Below, piece by piece: positions 24,143 to 37,914 of a stretch of 64,000 nucleotides of DNA. The notes under the pieces were generated by a model. The model saw only the letters and a program-made list of their open reading frames with translations. It did no database searches and was not told the origin of the DNA. The position numbers and the translations under genes are program-made. The number at the start of each line of letters is the position of its first letter. Positions within the stretch are counted from its first letter, which is position 1. The stretch covers positions 752,758 to 816,757 of the forward strand of contig JAPDFW010000022.1 of the NCBI GenBank assembly GCA_028826165.1, written 5' to 3'. This stretch comes from Anaeramoeba ignava BMAN (taxonomy: Eukaryota > Protista > Anaeramoebae).

Positions 24143-27100
24143 ATGAGTAGATCAAGAGGTTCAACTGTTTGGGTTGGAAATTTAAGTTATAGAGCAACTT
24201 CAAGAGATTTATCGTAATTAATTTCAAATAAAAAATTAAAAATAAATTTTAACGTTTTATTTATTAATTTTTAATTAATTTTTTAGTAAAACTTTTTCTC
24301 AATTCGGAACAGTTATTAGAGTTGATATTCCTTATTTACCTGGAACTGATAGACCAAAAGGATTTGCTTTTATTGAATTTGAAAAGTAACAAAATCTTAT
24401 TTTTTATTTATATTTTTTTTTTAACATTTAAAATTGACGTCTTTATTTATATTTTTATTTTTATTTATATTTATATTTTTATTTATATTTATATTTATTT
24501 TTATTTTTATATTATTTTTAGACGTGATGATGCAGAATATGCAATTAGAAAAATGCGTAAATATTTATCATTTTCCTTCTTTTATTCTTTATTAAAAATT
24601 TTAACGTCAACTTAATATTTAAATTTTTTATTTTAAAAAAAAAAGATCGAACAAATTTAGATGGAAGACAAATTGTTTGTGAATGGGCTGGAGCACCTCC
24701 AGCAAGAAGAAGATCACCTAGAAGGTAAATAATAATAAAATAATAATAAAATAATAATAAAATAATAATAAAATAATAATAAAATAATATTAAAATAATA
24801 TTAAAATAATAATAAAATAATAATAAAATAATATAAAAATAATTATTAAAAATAATATTAAAATAATATTAAAATAATAAAATAAAATAATAATAAAATA
24901 ATTAAAATAAAATAATTAATAAAAATAATAATAAAAAAATTAAAATAATAATAAAATAATAAAATAAAATAATAAAATAAAAAAATAATAAATAAAATAA
25001 TAATAAAAATAATAATAAAAAAATAAAATAATATTAAAATAATAAAAAATAATAATAAAAATAATATTAAAATAATATTAAAATAATAATAAAATATTAA
25101 AATAATATTAAAATAATATTAAAATAAAAATAATAATATTAAAAATAATAATAAAAAATAATTAAAATAATAATAAAAATTAATAAATAATAAAAAATAA
25201 TAAAAATAATATTAAAAATAATAAAAAAAAATTAATAAAATAATAATAAAAATAATATTAAAATAATAATAAAAAATAATAATTAAAAAATAATAAAATT
25301 AATAATAAAATAATAAAAATAAAATAATAATAAAATAATATTAAAATAATAATAAAATAATAATAAAATAATATTAAAAAATAATAAAAATAATATTAAA
25401 ATAATAATAAAATAATATTAAAATAATATTAAAAATAATATTAAAATAATATTAAAATAATATTAAAAATAATATTAAAAATAATATTAAAATAATAATA
25501 TTAAAATAATAATAAAATAATATTAAAAATAATATTAAAATAATAATAAAATAATATTAAAAAAAATAAAAATAATTAAAAATAATATAAAAATAAACAA
25601 TAAAAATAAATTAAAAAAATAAAATAAATAACAAAAAAAAAAATAAAATAAATTAAAATAATAATAATAATATGTAAAAATAATAATAAAATAATAATAA
25701 AAATAATATTAAAAATAATAATAAAAAATAAAATAATAAAAAATAATATTAAAAAATAATAAAATAATATTAAAATAATAATAAAAATAATAATAAAATA
25801 ATATTAAAATAATAATAAAATAATATAAAAAAATAAAAAAATAATAATAAAATAATAAAAAAAAATAATAATAAAATAAATAAAAAAAATAAAAAAACAA
25901 TAATAAACAAAATAAAAAAAAATAACAATTAAAATAATAATAAAAATAATAATAAAATAATAATAAAATAAATAAAAAAACAATAATAAAAATAATAAAA
26001 ATAATTAAAATAATAAATAATAAAAATAATAATAAAATAATATTAAAAACAAAAACAATATCAAAAATAATATAAAAAAAATAATATTAAAAATAAATTA
26101 AAATAATATTAAAATAAAATTAAAAATAATATTAAATAATATTAAAATAATATTAAAATAATAATATTAAAATAATAAAAAAATATTAAAATAATATTAA
26201 AATAATATAATAAAATAATAAAATAATAAAAATAATATTAATAAAATAATAATAAAATAATAATAAAATAATATTAAAATAATAATAAAATAAAAATATT
26301 AAAAAATAATAATAAAATAATATTAAAATAATAATAAAATAATATTAAAATAATAATAAAATAATAATAAAATAATATTAAAATAATAATAAAATAATAA
26401 TAAAATAATAATAAAATAATATTAAAATAATATTAAAATAATAAATTAATTTTCCTTTAAAAATAATCCAAATCAAATAGATATAGAAGAAGTCCACCAA
26501 GGTATAATTATTTTTTTTAATTTACTTTTTATATTTTTTTTTGTTTTGATATAAAAATAATTTTTATAGATCAAAAAAGAAATATTCTTAAACATCAAAA
26601 CAATCTATATTTTTTGATCAAAGCAATCAATTACTTTTTAAAAATATATATTTGTTCTGAATGAGTTCTACTACTTTTCTTTCTTATATTTGGTTGGATT
26701 TTTCCTCCTTCTTTGTTCTTTATTCTTTTTTATCTTTTCGAATTTTTCTTTCTTTTGGAATTTGTACTTATTTCCAATTGCCGTGTTTCATTTCTTCTTT
26801 TCTTTCTTTTCCTCCTTCATCAAAAATAACATTTAATTGGTTTCTGTTGGCATTTTTTTTTTGAATGATCCAGAAAAAAGGATTTAATATGGATAATTGA
26901 ATTTTTTTATTAAAAAACTATATTTTTTTTTGAAAATAACAATATTATTATTAAATATCAAAAACAAACAAAATCAAAAATCAAAAATCAAAAATCAAAA
27001 TCAAAAATCAAAAATCAAAAATCAAAAATCAAATATCAAAAAAAAATCAAAAATCAAAAATCAAAAATCAAAAATCAAAAATCAAAAATCAAAAATCAAA

Positions 27101-29856
27101 AATCAAAAATCAAAAATCAAAAATCAAAAATCAAAAATCAAAAATCAAAAATCAAAAATCAAACAAAAACAAAAACAAAATCAAAAACAAAAACAAAATC
27201 AAAAATCAAAAATCAAAAATCAAGAACAAAACATATGGATCTATTCAATCTTTTCGGATATTAATTAACAAATTTCAAATATTAATTCAATTACATGACA
27301 AACAAAATATGAAATGAAACAAGAAAAATACACGGAAATATTTTGGAAAACAAATTCAATTTCAAATCGAAACAAACCTTTTTCAAAGAAAAAAAATTCG
27401 AAAAAAAAAAACTGTTTTTTACATATTAAAAAACAAGAATCTCCTTCGACTCCGTCATTTCTGATTTTATGGCGTTACTGTCGATTCTTTTCATGTTCTT
27501 GTTTCTTCTTCTCTTTTTCCTGTTTCTCCTTTTCTCTTTCATTTTTGATCTCCTTTTTCTTCTTTTTTCTCCGTTTCAAGTTTTTTTTTTTGTATTTTTT
27601 CTTTCAGAACTGTCCTTTCATTTTAATATATTTTTTTTAATTAATTTCATTAATATATTTGGCTAATATTCATTCTTTTCTTTCTTTCTCTTTCTCTTTT
27701 ATTTCTATTAATTATCATTAGTTATAGATATTCTCCTTATAGAAGTCATCGAAGGTATTTTTATTTAATTAATTTTATTTAATTTATTTATTTTATTTTA
27801 ATTTATTTATTTAAATTTATTTATTTAATTTAATTTATTTATTTAATTTAATTAATTTATTTAATTTTATTAGAAGTCCTCATTCATCTAGAAGAGAACA
27901 TTCACCTCGAAGGTAAATTTAAAAAGAAAATATTCAATTACATGAAATATTTAATTTGAATTTGAAAAGAATATTTAATTTGAATTTAAAAAGAATATTT
28001 AATCTAAATTTAAAAAGAATATTTTTTATAAATTTAAAAAGAATATTTAATTTAAATTTAAAAAGAATATTTAATTTAAATTTAAAAAGAATATTTAATC
28101 TAAATTTAAAAAGAATATTTAATTTGAATTTAAAAAGAATATTTAATCTAAATTTAAAAAGAATATATTCAATTACATGAAATATTTAATTTGAATTTAA
28201 AAAGAATATTTAATTTAAATTTAAAAGAATATTTAATTTAAATTTAAAAAGAATATTTAATCTAAATTTAAAAAAAAGAATATATTAAATTACATGAAAT
28301 ATTTAATCTGAATTTAAAAAGAATATTTAATCTAAATTTAAAAAGAATATTTAATTTGAATTTAAAAAGAATATTTAATTTAAATTTAAAAAGAATATTT
28401 AATTTGAATTTAAAAAGAATATTTAATTTAAATTTAAAAAGAATATTTAATTTGAATTTAAAAAGAATATTTAATTTAAATTTAAAAAGAATATTTAATT
28501 TGAATTTAAAAAGAATATTTAATCTAAATTTGAAAAGAATATTTAATCTAAATTTAAAAAGAAAATATTTAATTTAAATTTAAAAAGAAAATATTAAATT
28601 ACATGAAATATTTAATTTGAATTTAAAAAGAATATTTAATTTAAATTTAAAAAGAATATTTAATTTGAATTTAAAAAGAATATTTAATCTAAATTTAAAA
28701 AGAATATATTCAAAATGAAATATTTAATTTAAATTTAAAAAGAATATTTAATTTGAATTTAAAAAGAATATTTAATTTGAATTTAAAAGAATATTTAATC
28801 TAAATTTAAAAAGAAAATATTTAATTTAAATTTAAAAAGAAAATATTAAATTACATGAAATATTTAATTTAAATTTAAAAAGAATATTTAATTTGAATTT
28901 AAAAAGAATATTTAATTTGAATTTAAAAAGAATATTTAATCTAAATTTAAAAAGAATATTTAATTTGAATTTAAAAAGAAAATATTAAATTACATGAAAT
29001 ATTTAATTTAAATTTAAAAAGAATATTTAATTTGAATTTGAAAAGAATATTTAATTTAAATTTAAAAAGAATATTTAATCTAAATTTAAAAAGAATATTT
29101 AATTTGAATTTAAAAAGAATATTTAATCTAAATTTGAAAAGAATATTTAATTTAAATTTAAAAAGAAAATATTCAATTACATGAAATATTAAATTACATG
29201 AAATATTTTTTATAAATTTAAAAAAAATAAATAGAGGAAGAAAACATTCAATTTCACCATATGGAAGAAGATCACCTTCAGATTCACTTTCACCACGTCG
29301 AAGAAGAAAATCATATTCACGTTCACCATCACCAAAAAATAAGTATTCAAAAAGCGATTCACGTTCACCATCACCAAAACATAAGTATTCAAAAAGCGAT
29401 TCACGTTCACCATCACCAAAGCATAAGTATTCAAAAAGCAATTCACAATCACCACCAAAAGAAAAGCATTCAAGATCACCTTCACCAAAAAGAAGCGATT
29501 CAAGATCACCTTCACCTAAAAGAAAGGATTCACATTCACATTCACATTCACATTCACATTCACCTTCGCCTAATCAAAAACAAAAAGATTCACATTCACA
29601 TTCACATTCACATTCACATTCTCGATCACCTTCACATTCACATTCTTACTCAAAATCTTCTTCACCTAAAAGAAAAAACTCAAAATCTCATTCAAGAACT
29701 CCTTCTTTACCAAGAAATTCAAGATCTCATTCTCCTTCTCAATCTCCTAATCAAAAAGACAAAATTCAAACACCAGATTCTCCTAAAAATGATGTAGAAG
29801 AAACTCATGATTCTTCTCCTAAAAATGATGATACAAAAGATGATAATCAAGTTTAA
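24143..29856 (+). CDS. SR splicing factor (RRM + RS domain); exons 24143-24213, 24287-24385, 24522-24556, 24646-24724, 26481-26501, 27722-27754, 27874-27912, 29235-29856
   Basis: RNP2 VWVGNL, RNP1 KGFAFIEF, DDAEYAIRKMHRTNLDGRQIVCEWA, followed by RSP/SRSPSP repeats. Missed by the ORF track. Confidence 0.88.
24725..26450. repeat. 11-nt degenerate satellite (TAAAATAATAA/TAAAATAATAT)n in the SR gene intron
   Basis: Visible periodicity. Confidence 0.85.
27913..29210. repeat. 24-nt satellite (AAAAGAATATTTAATTTAAATTTA)n in the SR gene intron
   Basis: Visible periodicity; source of the spurious NLKRIFNL ORFs. Confidence 0.9.
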
Positions 29857-30139
29857 ATTTAATAAAAATGAAATTTTCTTTTTTTCTTTGTTCAATCAAT
29901 TGAAAAGACAACAAAGAAATTAATCCAAATTCCTTTTTTTCTTTTTTCTTCTTTTTCCTTTTTTCTTTTTTCTTCTTTAAAAAAACAACAATCAATAAAG
30001 AAAAATTTTTCTTTTTCTTTTCTTTTCTTTTCAACGGATTAACGTTTTTTTTTTCTTTTTTTTTTTCAATTTTTCTTTTTTCATTTTTTTTCTTTTTTCA
30101 TTTTTTTTTTTTTTTTAAAAGGAAAATTTTTAAAACAAA

Positions 30140-33100
30140 ATGAATCCAGATCGTTCGACATTCCAAATTTCAAATTTTTTCAAAATTATTCCAAAAAATA
30201 AAAATAAAAATAAAAACAATAAAAACAAAAACAAAAACAAAAACAAAAACCACAAAACAAGAAAAGTATAATAAAAAAAAATATAAAAAATTAAGATTAA
30301 GATTAAGATTAAGATCAAATAATGATAATAAAAAACAATATAAAAAATAACAAACGTTTTATTAATATTCAATCTTATATCTCATCACAAAATTAATAGC
30401 AAAATAAACTCTTCATCCAAAGTTAATTTTTATGGACAAACTCATTTTTTTTCTTCAAAAAACCCATTAATTAATCCCCGAATCAAAATACAACATTTCC
30501 ATTTACCTCAATCACCAAGAAAAACAAAGTCAGAAACTCAAGAGCAAGAACCCAAATCAAATATAATTCCACTAAATAGTGAACTAAATAATTCGTTAAT
30601 TAATCCTATTAATGGTTTCAAAAATGATTCGGATGATTCAAATTATAATTTAAAAAATATCCCAAAAAATAAACCAAAAAAAAGAAAAGATTCTTCAAAA
30701 GATGATTCACTCCAAAAATTCAAGTCTGTTTCCCAACATAATTTAAGCAAACTCCAAAATTTCAATTATTTTTATGATTCTCCAATCCTCAAAAAAAGAA
30801 AAACAAAAAATTCCAAGAGAAAAAAACAAAGTGATTCAATTCACAAAGAAAAAACTCAATCAACACCAAAAACATCCAAAAATAAAAAAACACATTCTCT
30901 ATTCCAAGAAATGGAACAAAAACCACTTTCCCATTCCCCAAAAAGAGTTTTAAATAAACCACAAACCAAAAATTCAAAATCTCCACTTTCATTTCAAGCA
31001 AAAAATGAAAAAACAAATTTATCATCAACTAATTTAAACATAATAAAGTCTAATTCTTTGCAATTACAACAAAAACCAAAACTCCAAAGAGTTTTTCGGC
31101 CTTTTATGAATATGAATATGAATATGAATATGAATACTTCTCAAAACAAATTTTCAACTCCAAATATAAAGTCAAAAAAAATCTCGCAAAACAAAAATAT
31201 CAATTTAACTTCACACATTAACCAAAAAAAGACACAATCAAACGATAGTTTTGATAAAAGACTAACAAAGTCATTGAACAAAAATAACGAAATTATTTCA
31301 AACAAAAATCGTAATAATGATTCATTTATCTCAAATAGCCAAATTTTTAAGCACTTCAATTCTTATCCAAAGCCAAAAAAATCATATTCCTTTTTGAATC
31401 TGAAAAACATAAAATCGGAATTTTCTTTTGATTCTTTATCACAATCCCAATCGCAATCCCAAAGCTCTTCAATTTCTTCTCCATTAAATTTAACACAAGA
31501 AAAATCAAATTTATTATCAAGAAACAGCATTCAAAAAGAAACAAGTTCCTTACTAAAAAGTCCTTCTTTTGAAAACTCAGGCTTAAAAAATGCTGATTCT
31601 TATATTTCACATTTACAAAAATTAGAAAACCAAAAACAGAACATGATCACTAACAAAATGAATACAAAGGAAAATCAAAACTTATACAAACAAGATAATG
31701 ATGAATTTTTGGGTGATTTGAATCAATCTCAAAGTTATCATTCTGAAGATGAATCAAATATAAATCATGAATTCCCACCTAAAGATAATTTTAACCAAGA
31801 TGTTTATCCATTTGAATATGAGATGGATAAAAGTAGTTATAATTCTGGAGATGAATCAAATCATGATATTAACAGTCCAGTTGAATTAGAAATAGAAATA
31901 GAACCAGAATTAGAATTAGAACCAAAATTAAATCCAAATAATAATGAAAAAAATAAATAAAATAATGAAATAAATCAACAAAATAATAATGAAATAAATC
32001 AACAAAATAATGAAATAAATAAAGAAAATAATGAAATAAATCAACAAAATAATGAAATAAATCAACAAAATAATAATGAAATAAATCAAGAAAATAATGA
32101 AATAAATCAAGAAAATAATGAAATAAATCAAGAAAATAATAATGAAATAAATCAAGAAAAAATAATGAAAATAAATCAACAAAATAATAATGAAATAAAT
32201 CAAGAAAATAATAAAATAAATAAAGAAAATAATAAAATAAATCAACAAAATAATGAAATAAATCAAGAAAATAATAAAATAAATCAACAAAATAATAAAA
32301 TAAATCAACAAAAAAATAATGAAATAAATCAAGAAGAAAATAATGAAATAAATCAAGAAAATAATAAAATAAATCAAGAAAATAATGAAATAAATCAAGA
32401 AAATAATAAAATAAATAAAGAAAATAATGAAATAATTCAAGAAAATAATAAAATAAATCAAGAAAATAATAAAATAAATCAAGAAAATAATAAAATAAAT
32501 CAACAAAAAAATAAAATAAACCAACAAAAATATAAATCAAAAGATGAATTAAAACAATATAAATCAGAAGATGAATTAAAACAATATAAATCAAAATATG
32601 AATTAAAAAATTATAAATCAGAAGATGAATTAAAACATTATAAATCAGAAGATGAATTGAAAATAGAAATTTATAAATCAGAAGATGAATTAAAATATTA
32701 TAAATCAGAAGATGAATTAAAACATTATAAATCAGAAGATGAATTAAAACATTATAAATCAGAAGATGAATTAAAACATTATAAATCAGAAGATGAATTA
32801 AAACATTATAAATCAGAAGATGAATTAAAACAATATAAATCAGAAGATGAATTAAAAAATTATAAATCAGAAGATGAATTAAAACAATATCAATCAGAAG
32901 ATGAACTAAAATATTATAAATCAGAAGATGAACTAAAACAATATAAATCAGAAGATGAATTAAAACAATATCAATCAGAAGATGAATTAAAATATTATCA
33001 ATCAGAAGATGAATTAAAACAATATAAATCAGAAGATGAATTAAAACATTATAAATCAGAAGATGAACTAAAACAATATCAATCAGAAGATGAATTAAAA

Positions 33101-35221
33101 CAATATAAATCAGAAGATGAATTAAAACAATATCAATCAGAAGATGAATTAAAATATTATAAATCAGAAGATGAACTAAAATATTATCAATCAGAAGATG
33201 AATTAAAACATTATAAATCAGAAGATGAATTAAAACAATATCAATCAGAAGATGAATTAAAAAATTATAAATCAGAAGATGAACTAAAACATTATAAATC
33301 AGAAGATGAACTAAATCATTATAAATCAGAAGATGAATTAAAACATTATCAATCAGAAGATGAATTAAAAAATTATAAATCAGAAGATGAATTAAAAAAT
33401 TATAAATCAGAAGATGAATTAAAACAATATAAATCAGAAGATGAACTAAAACATTATAAATCAGAAGATGAACTAAAACATTATAAATCAGAAGATGAAC
33501 TAAAACAATATCAATCAGAAGATGAATTAAAACAATATAAATCAGAAGATGAATTAAAACATTACAAATCAGAAGATGAATTAAAACATTATCAATCAGA
33601 AGATGAATTAAAATATTATAAATCAGAAGATGAATTAAAATATTATCAATCAGAAGATGAATTAAAACATTATCAATCAGAAGATGAATTAAAACATTAT
33701 AAATCAGAAGATGAACTAAAACATTATAAATCAGAAGATGAATTAAAACATTATCAATCAGAAGATGAACTAAAATATTATCAATCAGAAGATGAATTAA
33801 AATATTATAAATCAGAAGATGAATTAAAATATTATCAATCAGAAGATGAATTAAAACATTATCAATCAGAAGATGAATTGGCATATTATCAAAATAATTT
33901 ATCATACCATTTAAATACTAATCAAGGAATCATTTATAATATAAACAAAATATCTCAAAGACAAAAAGATTTTATAAGAAATAAATCAATTGAAGATCAA
34001 ATTAAAAACCGAACTTATTTCCAAAAATTCATACCAAAAAAACATCAAAAAAACCTCAAAATCCAAAAAGAAGTAAATTATTTTAAACAAAAATCAAAAA
34101 TCACTTAAAATATTAATAATATTTTCATTTTAAATAATTGATTTTATACATTTTTTATTGAATAGAATTTGGACAGATATCTTGAAACAAATAGATTGAA
34201 ACTTCAAGAAAATTACGAAGATATTTGGCTTAGAATTGCAAAAAAAAAACTTAAAACAGAAAAATTAGAAGGTCAAATTGCAACAGAATATTTCAAACTC
34301 AATTCTAAATGGTTTGCTAAAACCAATATAAAAAATTCAACAGTTAAAAATACACGAAAAGTAATTTTTAAACATTTCATAAAAAAGAAAAAAGAATAAA
34401 AAATTTATAAATCCAATTTTTGATTTAGACGAAGAAAGAAAACTTTAAAGAAAAATATCTCCTTAAATTTTATAATAAACTCAAAGCTGAAGTTCCTCCA
34501 ATGATTATTGATGAAAAAGAAAGAAAACGGAATTATTTTAATTCAAAAAATTCATTAATTATTCCAGAAAAAATTCATGAAAGTCATAGAAATAAATTTT
34601 GGACAAAAGAAGAAAAAGCAATATTTTTTGAAAAGTAACCAATCAAAATTATTCATTTATTCTTTTAATTATTTATTCTTTTATTCTGTTATTTATTCTT
34701 TTAGATTTTCTTCAAATACAAAAAATTTTAGAGAAATTTCACATTTTCTTCCAAACAAAACAATTCCTGATATAATTCATTTTTTTTATATTAACAAAAA
34801 AAAACCTGATTTCCAAAAAAATTTCAAAGAAAATCATAAACAAAAAGGAGATAAAAAATTATTTGATGAAGGAGCAATTAAACCTAAAAAAATCAGAAAT
34901 CCAAAATCAAAACCAAAATCAAAATCAAAATCAAAATCAAAATCAAAATCAAAACTTCAAAAAGCTTTTTGGTCAGAAGAAGAAAAATTACTTTTTTTTC
35001 AACTTTTAGCTCAAAATGGAAGAAATTGGGATTTTATTGCTCGAAATTTTCCATCAAAATCACGTCAACAAGTTATGAATTTCTATCATAATTATAAAAG
35101 AAATTATGACTTATCAGAATTTGAAAATCACTTTCAAAATTCTCATCATAGAAATAAATCAAAAAAAGAAAAAATTGATCCAGAAGAAATATATAAAAGA
35201 ATTAAAAAGAAAAATTTGTAA
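30140..35221 (+). CDS. NCoR/SMRT/Snt1-like two-SANT-domain co-repressor with a long repetitive N-terminus; 3' exons ..34072, 34166-34360, 34429-34634, 34705-35221; 5' end uncertain
   Basis: AEVPPMIIDEKERKRNYFNSKNSLI..FWTKEEKAIFFEKFSSNTKNFREISHFLPNKTIPDIIHFFYINKK resembles the DAD/SANT1 domain; WSEEEKLLFFQLLAQNGRNWDFIARNFPSKSRQQVMNFY is SANT2. Apparent homopolymer frameshifts near 31955-32165. Confidence 0.75.
32531..33890 (+). repeat. Coding 24-nt minisatellite, about 56 copies of Y[K/Q]SEDELK[Q/H/Y/N]
   Basis: TATAAATCAGAAGATGAATTAAAACAT-type units, open in frame with the downstream exon; preceded by NNEINQE repeats (31960-32530). Confidence 0.92.
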
Positions 35222-35300
35222 AAAAAAAAATAAAAAAAAAAGGAAAATAAAAATTTTCCCTATTAATAAAAAATTTTTTTTTTTTCTTTTCTTTTCTTTT

Positions 35301-37780
35301 TTAAAAATCTGTAAAAGCAAAAATATCATCTTCAAAAAGTTGATTTGCTGAAGATTTCAAATTTTTTTGATTTTTTTTAACTAAATTTGTTTTTTTCTTC
35401 TTTTCAAAATTTTTCTTTTCAGCTATAATTCTTTTTCTTGTTAAAGAAGGATTAATTTTGTTTATTTTTGAATTTTTTGTTTTTGGTTTTTTTTTTGGAT
35501 TTTTTTCATTTGAATTAATTAAAGATTTTGATTGAGAATTTTTAACATTTTTTTTAACATTTTTCTTAACATTTTTTTTAACATTTTTCTTTTTCTTTTT
35601 TTTTATCTTATCTTTTGTTGAATTTCTTTCTTTTGTTGAATTTCTTTTTGTTCAATTTCTTTTTGTTCAATTTCTTTTTGTTCAATTTCTTTTTGTTCAA
35701 TTTCTTTTTCTTCATTCAAAATAATAATTTTTTTCTTTAATTCTTCAATTTCTAACTCTTTTTCTTCGGTTACTCTTAACATTTCTTCATCCATTTTTTG
35801 TAATTCTCTTGCCATTACATCTTTAATTCTTTGAATTTCTTCTTCATTTTGTTTTTTCATTTCTTCAAGTTTTTCAAGTTGATTTTGTTTAATTTGTTGT
35901 TCTTGTTTTCCCAATTCTTGTTTTAATTTTTGGATTTCTGATTTTTGAACTAATAAATTTTGATCTTTATTGTTGATTAAATTTCTTAATTTTTCATTTT
36001 CATTCTCAATTTCCAAAATCATCAATTTATTTTTTTCTTGTTCTGTTTTAAGAAGAGTAACTATTCCTAATAAATTTTTTCTGTTTTCTTCTTTTTCAAG
36101 TAAACTGTCATTTTCTTCTTCGAATTCAGATATTTTTTGTTTAAGTTCAATAATTTTATGTTCATTTTCTTTGGATATTTTTTGAAGAGAAGAAATTTCT
36201 TTTTGATGATTTGTTTTTTCAACTTCTAGATTCATTTTCTCTTTTTCTGTTTCTTTTGAAATCATTTCCAAATTTTGGAGTTGTTGATTCAAAAGAGAAA
36301 ATTCCTCTTCTTTTTTGGATAATAAAATATTCAAATTGTGCAATTCTTTGATTTGAGAATCAATTATGTTTTGTTTAGAAAATGATTGATTTTGTTGATT
36401 TTCAATTTCCATTTCAAAATCATTTTTAATTTTTTGATTTGATTCAATTAAATTTTGGATTTCTTCTTTTAATTTCAAATTTTCCTTTTGAAAAACTTGA
36501 TTTATTGATTGAAGATCTTGAATTTCTTCTTTTGTTTTGGATTGTGAATCTAAATGAAGAAGGATATCTTGATTCAGATTTTGGTTTTCTTGTTTTAGTT
36601 TTTGAATATCGTTTTTGGATTCTTTGATTAATTGGATATTTTTTTGAGATTCTTTTTGGAATTGGGATATTTGAATGATTTTCTGTTCAATTTCTTTATT
36701 TTGTTGAGTAATTTGTTTGTTCATTTCTTCAATTTTTTCCAAATCTTTTCCATGTTGTATTTTTTCTAATCAAAAATCAAAATCAAATCAAAAATTTCAA
36801 AATCAAAATTTAATTGTTTTTTTTTTTGTTTTTTACCATTTTTAAGTTGATTTTCTGTTTGATCTTTCAAATTCTCAATTTTTTGTAAATCATTTTCAAT
36901 TTGAGAAATTTGATCTAATTGATTTTGAAAAATTTTTTCTAACTCTTTTGAAAATTGTTCTCTTTTTTCAAATTTTTGATGAGAAATGATTAACATTTCT
37001 GATATTTTTTCACACATTGCTTGAGTTGCTGTAATTTCAAAAGCTAATTCTTTAACATAATCTTTTTGAGCTTGATATTTTCCTAAAATTATTGCTTTTT
37101 CTTTTTCTAATTCTTGAATTTTTGAAGATTGAAGATTTTTTTGTTTTTCCAAATTTTCAATTTTTGAATTCTTTTTTTTTTTTTAATAATATTTTTTTTT
37201 TAATAATATTTTAAAATTAATTAATTAAGAATATTTACTAATATTTGTAAATCTGTTTTAGAACCAACTTGTTCAACCATCCATTTTTCTAAATAAAAAA
37301 AAATTTCGAAAAAAAAAGGAAAAAATTTTTTTGGAAAGAAATTGATCAATAAAAAAATTTTGATCAATAAATTTAATTTTAATTTTAATTTTAATTTTAA
37401 TTTTAATTTTAATTTTAATTTTAATTTTAATATTAAATTTAATTTTAATATTAATTTTAATTTTAATATTAATTTTAATTTTAATTTTAATTTTAATATT
37501 AATTTTAATTTTAAATTTTAATTTTAAATTTAATTTTAATTTTAATTTTAATTTTAAATTGGATTTTAATTTTGATTAGTTTTTGATCATTTATTTTACC
37601 TGCTGCTTTTTTTAATTGTTCAGTTAAATTTTTTTGAGAATTAATTGGATTTACAACTTTATCTTTTATAATTTCTCTTTGTTTTTGTAATGTAAATTGT
37701 TGGGATTTATTTAAATTTCTTGAAAAATTTGGTTGTTTTACTATTTTTCTTAATCTTTCAAATTTAATTGCTTGTTGCAT
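35301..37780 (-). CDS. Long coiled-coil protein, candidate ZYP1-like synaptonemal-complex transverse filament; exons 37780-37600, 37288-37239, 37170-36837, 36765-35301 (one frameshift near 35612)
   Basis: Spliced N-terminus LKKAAEKWMVEQVGSKTDLQILNSKI..ATQAMCEKISEML, long heptad region, basic tail ending QLFEDDIFAFTDF. The gene structure is better supported than the family call. Confidence 0.65.
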
Positions 37781-37914
37781 TAAAAACAAAAAAAAAACAA
37801 AATTCAAAAAAAAATAATTAAAAATTTTGTTTTTGTTTTTCTTGTTTTTTAACCATTTATTTTGATCTAAATTTAGCCAGAAAACATTTTAAAATTAAAA
37901 TTTAAAAAATCCAC

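Noticed and set aside
26661-27666. Short ORFs inside the SR gene intron as a nested gene
   Set aside because: Low-complexity F/S/K translations with no recognisable domain or coherent exon chain on either strand.
29261-29797. His-rich 178-aa ORF
   Set aside because: Wrong frame; the spliced frame gives the RS/SP domain of the SR protein.
31869-33905. 678-aa minus-strand ORF (IHLLIYNVL repeats)
   Set aside because: Antisense shadow of the coding minisatellite; the + strand frame splices to the SANT exons.
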